Shown one piece after another: positions 13,101-28,100 of a stretch of 64,000 bases of DNA; positions within the stretch are counted from its first letter, which is position 1; each line of letters opens with the position of its first letter. The notes below the pieces were generated by a model. That model saw only the letters and a program-made list of their open reading frames with translations. It had not been told where the DNA came from and did not search any database. The stretch is from Eledone cirrhosa (lineage: Eukaryota). The stretch is from assembly GCA_964016885.1 (NCBI GenBank), contig OZ024743.1:104222001-104286000 (forward strand). Direction: 5' to 3'. A program made the position numbers and the translations under genes.

Positions 13101-16100
13101 AGTAGCCTTACACAGTGATACCATCTCTTTGAGGGATAGTAGCCTTACATAGTGATACCATCTCTTTGAGGTATAGTAGCCTTACACAGTGATACCATCT
13201 CTTTGAGGTATAGTAGCCTTACATAGTGATACCATCTCTTTGAGGGATAGTAGCCTTACACAGTGATACCATCTCTTTGAGGTATAGTAGCCTTACATAG
13301 TGATACCATCTCTTTGAGGGATAGTAGCCTCACACAGTGATACCATCTCTTTGGGGTATAGTAGCCTTACACAGTGATACCATCTCTTTGAGGTATAGAA
13401 GCCTTACATAGTGACACTATCTCTTTGAGGTATAGTAGCCTTACATAGTGATACCATCTCTTTGAGGGATAGTAGCCCTACATAGTGATACCATCTCTTT
13501 GAGGGATAGTAGCCTTACATAGTGATACCATCTCTTTGAGGTATAGTAGCCTTACACAGTGATACCATCTCTTTGAGGTATAGTAGCCTTACATAGTGAT
13601 ACCATCTCTTTGAGGGATAGTAGCCTTACACAGTGATACCATCTCTTTGAGGTATAGTAGCCTTACATAGTGATATCATCTCTTTGAGGTATAGTAGCCT
13701 CACACAGTGATACCATCTCTTTGAGGTATAGTAGCCTTACATAGTGACACTATCTCTTTGAGGTATAGTAGCCTTACATAGTGATACCATCTCTTTGAGG
13801 TATAGTAGCCTCACACAGTGATACCATCTCTTTGAGGGATAGTAGCCTTACATAGTGATACCATCTCTTTGAGGTATAGTAGCCTTACACAGTGATACCA
13901 TCTCTTTGAGGGATAGTAGCCTCACACAGTGATACCATCTCTTTGAGGTATAGTAGCCTTACATAGTGACACTATCTCTTTGAGGTATAGTAGCCTTACA
14001 TAGTGATACCATCTCTTTGAGGTATAGTAGCCTCACACAGTGATACCATCTCTTTGAGGGATAGTAGCCTTACATAGTGATACCATCTCTTTGAGGTATA
14101 GTAGCCTTACACAGTGATACCATCTCTTTGAGGGATAGTAGCCTCACACAGTGATACCATCTCTTTGAGGGATAGTAGCCTTACACAGTGATACCATCTC
14201 TTTGAGGGATAGTAGCCTCACACAGTGATACCATCTCTTTGGGGTATAGTAGCCTTACACAGTGATACCATCTCTTTGAGGGATAGTAGCCTTACGTAGT
14301 GATACCATCTCTTTGAGGTATAGTAGCCTTACACAGTGATACCATCTCTTTGAGGGATAGTAGCCTTACATAGTGATACCATCTCTTTGAGGGATAGTAG
14401 CCTTACATAGTGATATCATCTCTTTCAGGTATAGTAGCCTTACATAGTGATATCATCTCTTTGAGGTATAGTAGCCTTACATAGTGATACCATCTCTTTG
14501 AGGTATAGTAGCCTTACATAGTGATACCATCTCTTTGAGGTATTTGAGGTATGGTAGCCTTACACAGTGATACCATCTCTTTGAGGTATAGTAGCCTTAC
14601 ATAGTGATACCATCTCTTTGAGGTATAGTAGCCTTACATAGTGATACCATCTCTTTGAGGTATAGTAGCCTCACACAGTGATACCATCTCTTTGAATGAT
14701 AGTAGCCTCACATAGTGATACCATCTCTTTGAGGGATAGTAGCCTTACACAGTGATACCATCTCTTTGAGGGATAGAGGCCTTACATAGTGATACCATCT
14801 CTTTGAGGGATAGTAGCCTCACATAGTGATACCATCTCTTTGCGGTATAGTAGCCTTATACAGTGATACCATCTCTTTGGGGTATAGTAGCCTTACATAG
14901 TGATACCATCTCTTTGAGGTATAGTAGCCTTACATAGTGACACTATCTCTTTGAGGTATAGTAGCCTTACATAGTGATACCATCTCTTTGAGGGATAGTA
15001 GCCTCACACAGTGATACCATCTCTTTGAGGTATAGTAGCCTTACACAGTGATACCATCTCTTTGAGGTATAGTAGCCTCACACAGTGATACCATCTCTTT
15101 GAGGTATAGTAGCCTCACACAGTGATACCATCTCTTTGGGGTATAGTAGCCTTACACAGTGATACCATCTCTTTGGGGTATAGTAGCCTTACATAGTGAT
15201 ACCATCTCTTTGAGGTATAGTAGCCTTACACAGTGATACCATCTCTTTGAGGTATGGTAGCCTTACATAGTGATACCATCTCTTTGAGGTATAGTAGCCT
15301 CACACAGTGATACCATCTCTTTGAGGGATAGTAGCCTTACACAGTGATACCATCTCTTTGGGGTATAGTAGCCTTACATAGTGATACCATCTCTTTGGGG
15401 TATAGTAGCCTTACATGGTGATACCATCTCTTTGAGGTATAGTAGCCTTACATAGTGATACCATCTCTTTGAGGTATTTGAGGTATGGTAGCCTTACACA
15501 GTAATACCATCTCTTTGAGGTATAGTAGCCTTACACAGTGATACCATCTCTTTGAGGGATAGTAGCCTTACATAGTGACACTATCTCTTTGAGGTATGGT
15601 AGCCTTACATAGTGATACCATCTCTTTGAGGTATAGTAGCCTTACACAGTGATACCATCTCTTTGAGCTATAGTAGCCTTACATAGTGATACCATCTCTT
15701 TGGGGTATAGTAGCCTTACACAGTGATACCATCTCTTTGAGGTATAGTAGCCTTACATAGTGATACCATCTCTTTGAGGGATAGTAGCCTTACATAGTGA
15801 TACCATCTCTTTGGGGTATAGTAGCCTTACATAGTGATACCATCTCTTTGAGGTATTTGAGGTATGGTAGCCTTACACAGTGATACCATCTCTTTGAGGT
15901 ATAGTAGCCTTACATAGTGATACCATCTCTTTGAGGGATAGTAGCCTTACATAGTGATATCATCTCTTTGAGGTATAGTAGCCTTACATAGTGATACCAT
16001 CTCTTTGAGGTATTTGAGGTATGGTAGCCTTACACAGTGATACCATCTCTTTGAGGTATAGTAGCCTTACACAGTGATACCATCTCTTTGAGGGATAGTA

Positions 16101-19100
16101 GCCTTACATAGTGACACTATCTCTTTGAGGTATAGTAGCCTTACATAGTGATACCATCTCTTTGAGGGATAGTAGCCTTACATAGTGATACCATCTCTTT
16201 GAGGGATAGTAGCCTTACATAGTGATACCATCTCTTTGAGGTATAGTAGCCTTACACAGTGATACCATCTCTTTGAGGTATAGTAGCCTTACATAGTGAT
16301 ACCATCTCTTTGAGGGATAGTAGCCTTACACAGTGATACCATCTCTTTGAGGTATAGTAGCCTCACACAGTGATACCATCTCTTTGAGGTATAGTAGCCT
16401 TACATAGTGACACTATCTCTTTGAGGTATAGTAGCCTTACATAGTGATACCATCTCTTTGAGGGATAGTAGCCTTACATAGTGATACCATCTCTTTGGTG
16501 TATAGTAGCCTTACATAGTGATATCATCTCTTTGAGGTATAGTAGCCTTACATAGTGATACCATCTCTTTGAGGTATAGTAGCCTTACACAGTGATACCA
16601 TCTCTTTGAGGTATAGTAGCCTTACACAGTGATACCATCTCTTTGAGGGATAGTACCCTCACACAGTGATACCATCTCTTTGAGGTATAGTAGCCTTACA
16701 TAGTGACACTATCTCTTTGAGGTATAGTAGCCTTACACAGTGATACCATCTCTTTGAGGTATGGTAGCCTTACATAGTGATACCATCTCTTTGAGGTATA
16801 GTAGCCTCACACAGTGATACCATCTCTTTGAGGGATAGTAGCCTTACATAGTGATACCATCTCTTTGGGGTATAGTAGCCTTACATAGTGATACCATCTC
16901 TTTGGGGTATAGTAGCCTTACATAGTGATACCATCTCTTTGGGGTATAGTAGCCTTACATAGTGATACCATCTCTTTGAGGTATAGTAGCCTTACATAGT
17001 GATACCATCTCTTTGGGGTATAGTAGCCTTACATAGTGATATCATCTCTTTGAGGTATAGTAGCCTTACATAGTGATACCATCTCTTTGGGGTATAGTAG
17101 CCTTACATAGTGATATCATCTCTTTGAGGTATAGTAGCCTTACATAGTGATACCATCTCTTTGAGGTATAGTAGCCTTACATAGTGATACCATCTCTTTG
17201 AGGTATTTGAGGTATGGTAGCCTTACACAGTGATACCATCTCTTTGAGGTATAGTAGCCTTACACAGTGATACCATCTCTTTGAGGTATAGTAGCCTTAC
17301 ATAGTGATACCATCTCTTTGAGGTATAGTAGCCTAACATAGTGATACCATCTCTTTGAGGGATAGTAGCCTTACATAGTGATACCATCTCTTTGAGGGAT
17401 AGTAGCCTTACATAGTGATACCATCTCTTTGAGGTATAGTAGCCTTACACAGTGATACCATCTCTTTGAGGTATAGTAGCCTTACATAGTGATACCATCT
17501 CTTTGAGGTATAGTAGCCTTACATAGTGATACCATCTCTTTGAGGGATAGTAGGCTTACACAGTGATACCATCTCTTTGAGGTATAGTAGCCTTACACAG
17601 TGATACCATCTCTTTGAGGTATAGTAGCCTTACACAGTGATACCATCTCTTTGAGGTATAGTAGCCTTACATAGTGATACCATCTCTTTGAGGTATAGTA
17701 GCCTTACATAGTGATACCATCTCTTTGGGGTATAGTAGCCTTACATAGTGATACCATCTCTTTGAGGTATAGTAGCCTTACATAGTGATACCATCTCTTT
17801 GAGGTATAGTAGCCTTACATAGTGATACCATCTCTTTGGGGTATAGTAGCCTTACATAGTGATACCATCTCTTTGAGGGATAGTAGCCTTACATAGTGAT
17901 ACCATCTCTTTGAGGTATAGTAGCCTTACACAGTGATACCATCTCTTTGAGGTATAGTAGCCTTACATAGTGATACCATCTCTTTGAGGGATAGTAGCCT
18001 TACATAGTGATACCATCTCTTTGAGGTATAGTAGCCTTACACAGTGATACCATCTCTTTGAGGTATAGTAGCCTTACATAGTGATACCATCTCTTTGAGG
18101 TATAGTAGCCTTACACAGTGATACCATCTCTTTGAGGTATAGTAGCCTTACATAGTGATACCATCTCTTTGAGGTATAGTAGCCTTACATAGTGATACCA
18201 TCTCTTTGGGGTATAGTAGCCTTACATAGTGATACCATCTCTTTGAGGTATAGTAGCCTTACATAGTGATACCATCTCTTTGAGGTATAGTAGCCTTACA
18301 TAGTGATACCATCTCTTTGGGGTATAGTAGCCTTACATAGTGATACCATCTCTTTGAGGGATAGTAGCCTTACATAGTGATACCATCTCTTTGAGGTATT
18401 TGAGGTATGGTAGCCTTACACAGTGATACCATCTCTTTGAGGTATAGTAGCCTTACATAGTGATACCATCTCTTTGAGGGATAGTAGCCTTACACAGTGA
18501 TACCATCTCTTTGAGGTATAGTAGCCTTACATAGTGATATCATCTCTTTGAGGTATAGTAGCCTCACACAGTGATACCATCTCTTTGAGGTATAGTAGCC
18601 TTACATAGTGACACTATCTCTTTGAGGCATAGTACCCTTACATAGTGATACCATCTCTTTGAGGGATAGTAGCCTTACACAGTGATACCATCTCTTTGGG
18701 GTATAGTAGCCTTACATAGTGATACCATCTCTTTGAGGTATAGTAGCCTTACATAGTGATACCATCTCTTTGGGGTATAGTAGCCTTACATAGTGATACC
18801 ATCTCTTTGAGGTATAGTAGCCTTACATAGTGATACCATCTCTTTGGGGTATAGTAGCCTTACATAGTGATACCATCTCTTTGAGGTATAGTAGCCTTAC
18901 ATAGTGATACCATCTCTTTGAGGTATAGTAGCCTTACATAGTGATACCATCTCTTTGAGGGATAGTAGCCTTACATAGTGATACCATCTCTTTGGGGTAT
19001 AGTAGCCTTACATAGTGATACCATCTCTTTGAGGGATAGTAGCCTTACATAGTGATACCATCTCTTTGAGGTATAGTAGCCTTACACAGTGATACCATCT

Positions 19101-22100
19101 CTTTGAGGTATAGTAGCCTTACATAGTGATACCATCTCTTTGAGGGATAGTAGCCTTACACAGTGATACCATCTCTTTGAGGTATAGTAGCCTTACATAG
19201 TGATATCATCTCTTTGAGGTATAGTAGCCTCACACAGTGATACCATCTCTTTGAGGTATAGTAGCCTTACATAGTGACACTATCTCTTTGAGGCATAGTA
19301 CCCTTACATAGTGATACCATCTCTTTGAGGGATAGTAGCCTTACACAGTGATAACATCTCTTTGGGGTATAGTAGCCTTACATAGTGATACCATCTCTTT
19401 GGGGTATAGTAGCCTTACATAGTGATACCATCTCTTTGAGGTATAGTAGCCTTACATAGTGATACCATCTCTTTGGGGTATAGTAGCCTTACATAGTGAT
19501 ATCATCTCTTTGAGGTATAGTAGCCTTACATAGTGATACCATCTCTTTGAGGTATTTGAGGTATGGTAGCCTTACACAGTGATACCATCTCTTTGAGGTA
19601 TAGTAGCCTTACACAGTGATACCATCTCTTTGAGGTATAGTAGCCTTACACAGTGATACCATCTCTTTGAGGTATAGTAGCCTTACACAGTGATACCATC
19701 TCTTTGAGGTATAGTAGCCTTACATAGTGATATCATCTCTTTGAGGTATAGTAGCCTCACACAGTGATACCATCTCTTTGAGGTATAGTAGCCTTACATA
19801 GTGACACTATCTCTTTGAGGTATAGTAGCCTCACACAGTGATACCATCTCTTTGAGGTATAGTAGCCTTACATAGTGACACTATCTCTTTGAGGTATAGT
19901 AGCCTTACACAGTGATACCATCTCTTTGAGGGATAGTAGCCTCACACAGTGATACCATCTCTTTGAGGTATAGTAGCCTTACACAGTGATACCATCTCTT
20001 TGAGGTATAGTAGCCTTACACAGTGATACCATCTCTTTGAGGGATAGTAGCCTCACACAGTGATACCATCTCTTTGGGGTATAGTAGCCTTACACAGTGA
20101 TACCATCTCTTTGAGGGATAGTAGCCTTACGTAGTGATACCATCTCTTTGAGGTATAGTAGCCTTACACAGTGATACCATCTCTTTGAGGGATAGTAGCC
20201 TTACATAGTGATATCATCTCTTTGAGGTATAGTAGCCTTACATAGTGATATCATCTCTTTGAGGTATAGTAGCCTTACATAGTGATACCATCTCTTTGAG
20301 GTATAGTAGCCTTACATAGTGATACCATCTCTTTGAGGTATAGTAGCCTTACATAGTGATATCATCTCTTTGAGGTATAGTAGCCTTACATAGTGATACC
20401 ATCTCTTTGAGGTATAGTAGCCTTACATAGTGATATCATCTCTTTGAGGTATAGTAGCCTTACACAGTGATACCATCTCTTTGAGGTATGGTAGCCTTAC
20501 ACAGTGATACCATCTCTTTCGGGTATAGTAGCCTTACATAGTGATACCATCTCTTTGAGGGATAGTAGCCTTACATAGTGATACCATCTCTTTGAGGTAT
20601 AGTAGCCTTACATAGTGATACCATCTCTTTGCGGGATAGTAGCCTTACACAGTGATACCATCTCTTTGGGGTATAGTAGCCTTACATAGTGATACCATCT
20701 CTTTGAGGGATAGTAGCCTTACATAGTGATACCATCTCTTTGCGGGATAGTAGCCTTACATAGTGATACCATCTCTTTGGGGTATAGTAGCCTTACACAG
20801 TGATACCATCTCTTTGGGGTATAGTAGCCTTACATAGTGATACCATCTCTTTAAGATATAGTAGTCTTACATAGTGATACCATCTCTTTGAGGTATAGTA
20901 GCCTTACATAGTGATACCATCTCTTTGAGTGATAGTAGCCTTACACTGTGATACCATCTCTTTGAGGGATAGTAGCCTCACACAGTGATACCATCTCTTT
21001 GAGGGATAGTAGCCTCACACAGTGATACCATCTCTTTCGGGTATAGTAGCCTTACATAGTGATACCATCTCTTTGAGGTATAGTAGCCTTACATAGTGAT
21101 ACCATCTCTTTGAGGGATAGTAGCCTTACACAGTGATACCATCTCTTTGAGGTATAGTAGCCTTACACAGTGATACCATCTCTTTGAGGTATAGTAGCCT
21201 TACACAGTGATACCATCTCTTTGAGGTATAGTAGCCTTACATAGTGATACCATCTCTTTGGGGTATAGTAGCCTTACATAGTGATACCATCTCTTTGAGG
21301 TATAGTAGCCTTACATAGTGATACCATCTCTTTGAGGGATAGTAGCCTTACATAGTGATACCATCTCTTTGAGGGATAGTAGCCTTACATAGTGATACCA
21401 TCTCTTTGAGGGATAGTAGCCTTACACAGTGATACCATCTCTTTGAGGTATAGTAGCCTTACACAGTGATACCATCTCTTTGAGGTATAGTAGCCTTACA
21501 TAGTGATACCATCTCTTTGGGGTATAGTAGCCTTACATAGTGATACCATCTCTTTGGGGTATAGTAGCCTTACATAGTGATACCATCTCTTTGAGGTATA
21601 GTAGCCTTACATAGTGATACCATCTCTTTGGGGTATAGTAGCCTTACATAGTGATACCATCTCTTTGGGGGATAGTAGCCTTACATAGTGATACCATCTC
21701 TTTGAGGTATAGTAGCCTTACATAGTGATACCATCTCTTTGAGGGATAGTAGCCTCCCACAGTGATACCATCTCTTTGAGGGATAGTAGCCTTACATAGT
21801 GATACCATCTCTTTGAGGGATAGTAGCCTTACATAGTGATACCATCTCTTTGAGGTATAGTAGCCTTACACAGTGATACCATATCTTTGAGGTATAGTAG
21901 CCTTACATAGTGATACCATCTCTTTGAGGTATAGTAGCCTTACATAGTGATACCATCTCTTTGAGTGATAGTAGCCTTACACGGTGATACCATCTCTTTG
22001 AGGGATAGTAGCCTCACACAGTGATACCATCTCTTTGAGGGATAGTAGCCTTACACAGTGATACCATATCTTTGAGGTATAGTAGCCTTACATAGTGATA

Positions 22101-25100
22101 TCATCTCTTTGAGGTATAGTAGCCTTACATAGTGATACCATCTCTTTGAGGTATTTGAGGTATGGTAGCCTTACACAGTGATACCATCTCTTTGAGGTAT
22201 AGTAGCCTTACACAGTGATACCATCTCTTTGAGGGATAGTAGCCTTACACAGTGATACCATCTCTTTGAGGTATAGTAGCCTTACACAGTGATACCATCT
22301 CTTTGAGGGATAGTAGCCTTACATAGTGATACCATCTCTTTGAGGGATAGTAGCCTTACATAGTGATACCATCTCTTTGAGGTATAGTAGCCTTACACAG
22401 TGATACCATCTCTTTGAGGTATAGTAGCCTTACATAGTGATACCATCTCTTTGAGGTATAGTAGCCTTACATAGTGATACCATCTCTTTGAGTGATAGTA
22501 GCCTTACACGGTGATACCATCTCTTTGAGGGATAGTAGCCTCACACAGTGATACCATCTCTTTGAGGGATAGTAGCCTCACACAGTGATACCATCTCTTT
22601 GGGGTATAGTAGCCTTACACATTGATACCATCTCTTTCGGGTATAGTAGCCTTACATAGTGATACCATCTCTTTGAGGTATAGTAGCCTCACATAGTGAT
22701 ACCATCTCTTTGAGGGATAGTAGCCTCACATAGTGATACCATCTCTTTGAGGTATAGTAGCCTCACACAGTGATACCATCTCTTTGAGGGATAGTAGCCT
22801 CACATAGTGATACCATCTCTTTGAGGTATAGTAGCCTTACACAGTGATACCATCTCTTTGAGGGATAGTAGCCTTACATAGTGATACCATCTCTTTGAGG
22901 GATAGTAGCCTCACATAGTGATACCATCTCTTTGAGGTATAGTAGCCTTACACAGTGATACCATCTCTTTGAGGTATAGTAGCCTTACATAGTGATACCA
23001 TCTCTTTGAGGTATAGTAGCCTTACATAGTGACACTATCTCTTTGAGGTATAGTAGCCTTACATAGTGATACCATCTCTTTGAGGTATAGTAGCATTACA
23101 CAGTGATACCATCTCTTTGAGGGATAGTAGCCTTACATAGTGATACCATCTCTTTGGGGTATAGTAGCCTCACACAGTGATACCATCTCTTTGAGGTATA
23201 GTAGCCTTACACAGTGATACCATCTCTTTGGGGTATAGTAGCCTTACATAGTGATACCATCTCTTTGAGGGATAGTAGCCTTACATAGTGATACCATCTC
23301 TTTGCGGGATAGTAGCCTTACATAGTGATACCATCTCTTTGGGGTATAGTAGCCTTACACAGTGATACCATCTCTTTGGGGTATAGTAGGCTTACATAGT
23401 GATACCATCTCTTTGAGGTATAGTAGCCTTACACAGTGATACCATCTCTTTGAGGGATAGTAGCCTTACATAGTGATACCATCTCTTTAAGGTTTAGTAG
23501 TCTTACATAGTGATACCATCTCTTTGAGGTATAGTAGCCTTACATAGTGATACCATCTCTTTGAGTGATAGTAGCCTTACACGGTGATACCATCTCTTTG
23601 AGGGATAGTAGCCTTACATAGTGATACCATCTCTTTGAGGGATAGTAGCCTCACACAGTGATACCATCTCTTTCGGGTATAGTAGCCTTACATAGTGATA
23701 CCATCTCTTTGAGGTATAGTAGCCTTACATAGTGATACCATCTCTTTGAGGGATAGTAGCTTTACATAGTGATACCATCTCTTTGGGGTATAGTAGCCTT
23801 ACATAGTGATACCATCTCTTTGAGGGATAGTAGCTTTACATAGTGATACCATCTCTTTGGGGTATAGTAGCCTTACATAGTGATACCATCTCTTTGGGGT
23901 ATAGTAGCCTTACATAGTGATACCATCTCTTTGGGGTATAGTAGCCTTACATAGTGATACCATCTCTTTGAGGGATAGTAGCCTTACATAGTGATATCAT
24001 CTCTTTGAGGTATAGTAGCCTTACACAGTGATACCATCTCTTTGAGGGATAGTAGCCTTACATAGTGACACTATCTCTTTGAGGTATAGTAGCCTTACAT
24101 AGTGATACCATCTCTTTGAGGTATAGTAGCCTTACACAGTGATACCATCTCTTTGAGGTATAGTAGCCTCACACAGTGATACCATCTCTTTGAGGGATAG
24201 TAGCCTTACATAGTGATACCATCTCTTTGAGGTATAGTAGCCTTACATAGTGATACCATCTCTTTGAGGTATAGTAGCCTTACACAGTGATACCATCTCT
24301 TTGAGGTATAGTAGCCTCACACAGTGATACCATCTCTTTGAGGGATAGTAGCCTTACATAGTGATACCATCTCTTTGAGGTATAGTAGCCTTACACAGTG
24401 ATACCATCTCTTTGAGGTATAGTAGCCTCACACAGTGATACCATCTCTTTGAGGTATAGTAGCCTTACATAGTGATATCATCTCTTTGAGGTATAGTAGC
24501 CTTACACAGTGATACCATCTCTTTGAGGTATAGTAGCCTCACACAGTGATACCATCTCTTTGAGGGATAGTAGCCTTACATAGTGATATCATCTCTTTGA
24601 GGTATAGTAGCCTTACATAGTGATACCATCTCTTTGAGGTATAGTAGCCTTACACAGTGATACCATCTCTTTGAGGTATGGTAGCCTTACATAGTGATAC
24701 CATCTCTTTGAGGTATAGTAGCCTTACATAGTGATACCATCTCTTTGAGGTATAGTAGCCTTACACAGTGATACCATCTCTTTGAGGTATAGTAGCCTCA
24801 CACAGTGATACCATCTCTTTGAGGGATAGTAGCCTTACACAGTGATACCATCTCTTTGAGGTATAGTAGCCTTACATAGTGATACCATCTCTTTGGGGTA
24901 TAGTAGCCTTACATAGTGATACCATCTCTTTGGGGTATAGTAGCCTTACATAGTGATACCATCTCTTTGAGGTATAGTAGCCTTACATAGTGATACCATC
25001 TCTTTGGGGTATAGTAGCCTTACATAGTGATATCATCTCTTTGAGTTATAGTAGCCTTACATAGTGATACCATCTCTTTGATGTATTGGAGGTATGGTAG

Positions 25101-28100
25101 CCTTACACAGTGATACCATCTCTTTGAGGTATAGTAGCCTTACACAGTGATACCATCTCTTTGAGGGATAGTAGCCTTACATAGTGACACTATCTCTTTG
25201 AGGTATAGTAGCCTTACATAGTGATACCATCTCTTTGAGGGATAGTAGCCTTACATAGTGATACCATCTCTTTGAGGGATAGTAGCCTTACATAGTGATA
25301 CCATCTCTTTGAGGTATAGTAGCCTTACACAGTGATACCATCTCTTTGAGGTATAGTAGCCTTACATAGTGATACCATCTCTTTGAGGGATAGTAGCCTT
25401 ACACAGTGATACCATCTCTTTGAGGTATAGTAGCCTTACATAGTGATATCATCTCTTTGAGGTATAGTAGCCTCACACAGTGATACCATCTCTTTGAGGT
25501 ATAGTAGCCTTACATAGTGACACTATCTCTTTGAGGTATAGTAGCCTTACATAGTGATACCATCTCTTTGAGGGATAGTAGCCTTACATAGTGATACCAT
25601 CTCTTTGGGGTATAGTAGCCTTACATAGTGATATCATCTCTTTGAGGTATAGTAGCCTTACACAGTGATACCATCTCTTTGAGGTATAGTAGCCTTACAC
25701 AGTGATACCATCTCTTTGAGGGATAGTAGCCTCACACAGTGATACCATCTCTTTGAGGTATAGTAGCCTTACACAGTGATACCATCTCTTTGAGGTATAG
25801 TAGCCTTTCACAGTGATACCATCTCTTTGAGGGATAGTAGCCTCACACAGTGATACCATCTCTTTGGGGTATAGTAGCCTTACACAGTGATACCATCTCT
25901 TTGAGGGATAGTAGCCTTACGTAGTGATACCATCTCTTTGAGGTATAGTAGCCTTACATAGTGATATCATCTCTTTGAGGTATAGTAGCCTTACATAGTG
26001 ATACCATCTCTTTGAGGTATAGTAGCCTTACATAGTGATATCATCTCTTTGAGGTATAGTAGCCTTACACAGTGATACCATCTCTTTGAGGTATAGTAGC
26101 CTTACATAGTGATACCATCTCTTTGAGGTATAGTAGCCTCACACAGTGATACCATCTCTTTGAGGGATAGTAGCCTTACATAGTGATACCATCTCTTTGA
26201 GGTATAGTAGCCTTACATAGTGATACCATCTCTTTGAGGGATAGTAGCCTCACACAGTGATACCATCTCTTTGAGGTATGGTAGCCTTACACAGTGATAC
26301 CATCTCTTTGTGGTATAGTAGCCTTACATAGTGATACCATCTCTTTGAAGTATAGTAGCCTTACATAGTGATACCATCTCTTTGAGGGATAGTAGCCTTA
26401 CACGGTGATACCATCTCTTTGAGGTATAGTAGCCTTACATAGTGATACCATCTCTTTGAGGTATGGTAGCCTAACACAGTGATACCATCTCTTTGAGGGA
26501 TAGTAGCCTTACATAGTGATACCATCTCTTTGAGGGATAGTAGCCTTACATAGTGATACCATCTCTTTGAGGTATAGTAGCTTTACATAGTGATACCATC
26601 TCTTTGGGGTATAGTAGCCTTACATAGTGATACCATCTCTTTGAGGGATAGTAGCCTTACATAGTGATACCATCTCTTTGCGGGATAGTAGCCTTACATA
26701 GTGATACCATCTCTTTGGGGTATAGTAGCCTTACATAGTGATACCATCTCTTTGAGGGATAGTAGCCTTACATAGTGATACCATCTCTTTGAGGGATAGT
26801 AGCCTTACATAGTGATACCATCTCTTTGAGGGATAGTAGCCTTACATAGTGACACTATCTCTTTGAGGTATAGTAGCCTTACATAGTGATACCATCTCTT
26901 TGAGGGATAGTAGCCTTACATAGTGATACCATCTCTTTGAGGTATAGTAGCCTCACACAGTGATACCATCTCTTTGAGGGATAGTAGCCTTACACAGTGA
27001 TACCATCTCTTTGAGGTATAGTAGCCTCACACAGTGATACCATCTCTTTGAGGGATAGTAGCCTTACACAGTGATACCATCTCTTTGAGGTATAGTAGCC
27101 TTACACAGTGATACCATCTCTTTGAGGTATAGTAGCCTTACACAGTGATACCATCTCTTTGAGGTATAGTAGCCTTACATAGTGATATCATCTCTTTGAG
27201 GTATAGTAGCCTTACACAGTGATACCATCTCTTTGAGGGATAGTAGCCTTACATAGTGACACTATCTCTTTGAGGTATAGTAGCCTTACACAGTGATACC
27301 ATCTCTTTGAGGTATAGTAGCCTTACATAGTGATATCATCTCTTTGAGGTATAGTAGCCTTACACAGTGATACCATCTCTTTGAGGGATAGTAGCCTTAC
27401 ATAGTGATACCATCTCTTTGAGGGATAGTAGCCTCACACAGTGATACCATCTCTTTCGGGTATAGTAGCCTTACATAGTGATACCATCTCTTTGAGGTAT
27501 AGTAGCCTTACATAGTGATACCATCTCTTTGAGGGATAGTAGCCTTACATTGTGATATCATCTCTTTGAGGTATAGTAGCCTTACACAGTGATACCATCT
27601 CTTTGAGGGATAGTAGCCTTACATAGTGACACTATCTCTTTGAGGTATAGTAGCCTTACATAGTGATACCATCTCTTTGGGGTATAGTAGCCTTACATAG
27701 TGATACCATCTCTTTGGGGTATAGTAGCCTTACATAGTGATACCATCTCTTTGAGGTATAGTAGCCTTACATAGTGATACCATCTCTTTGGGGTATAGTA
27801 GCCTTACATAGTGATATCATCTCTTTGAGTTATAGTAGCCTTACATAGTGATACCATCTCTTTGATGTATTTGAGGTATGGTAGCCTTACACAGTGATAC
27901 CATCTCTTTGAGGTATAGTAGCCTTACACAGTGATACCATCTCTTTGAGGGATAGTAGCCTTACATAGTGACACTATCTCTTTGAGGTATAGTAGCCTTA
28001 CATAGTGATACCATCTCTTTGAGGGATAGTAGCCTTACATAGTGATACCATCTCTTTGAGGGATAGTAGCCTTACATAGTGATACCATCTCTTTGAGGTA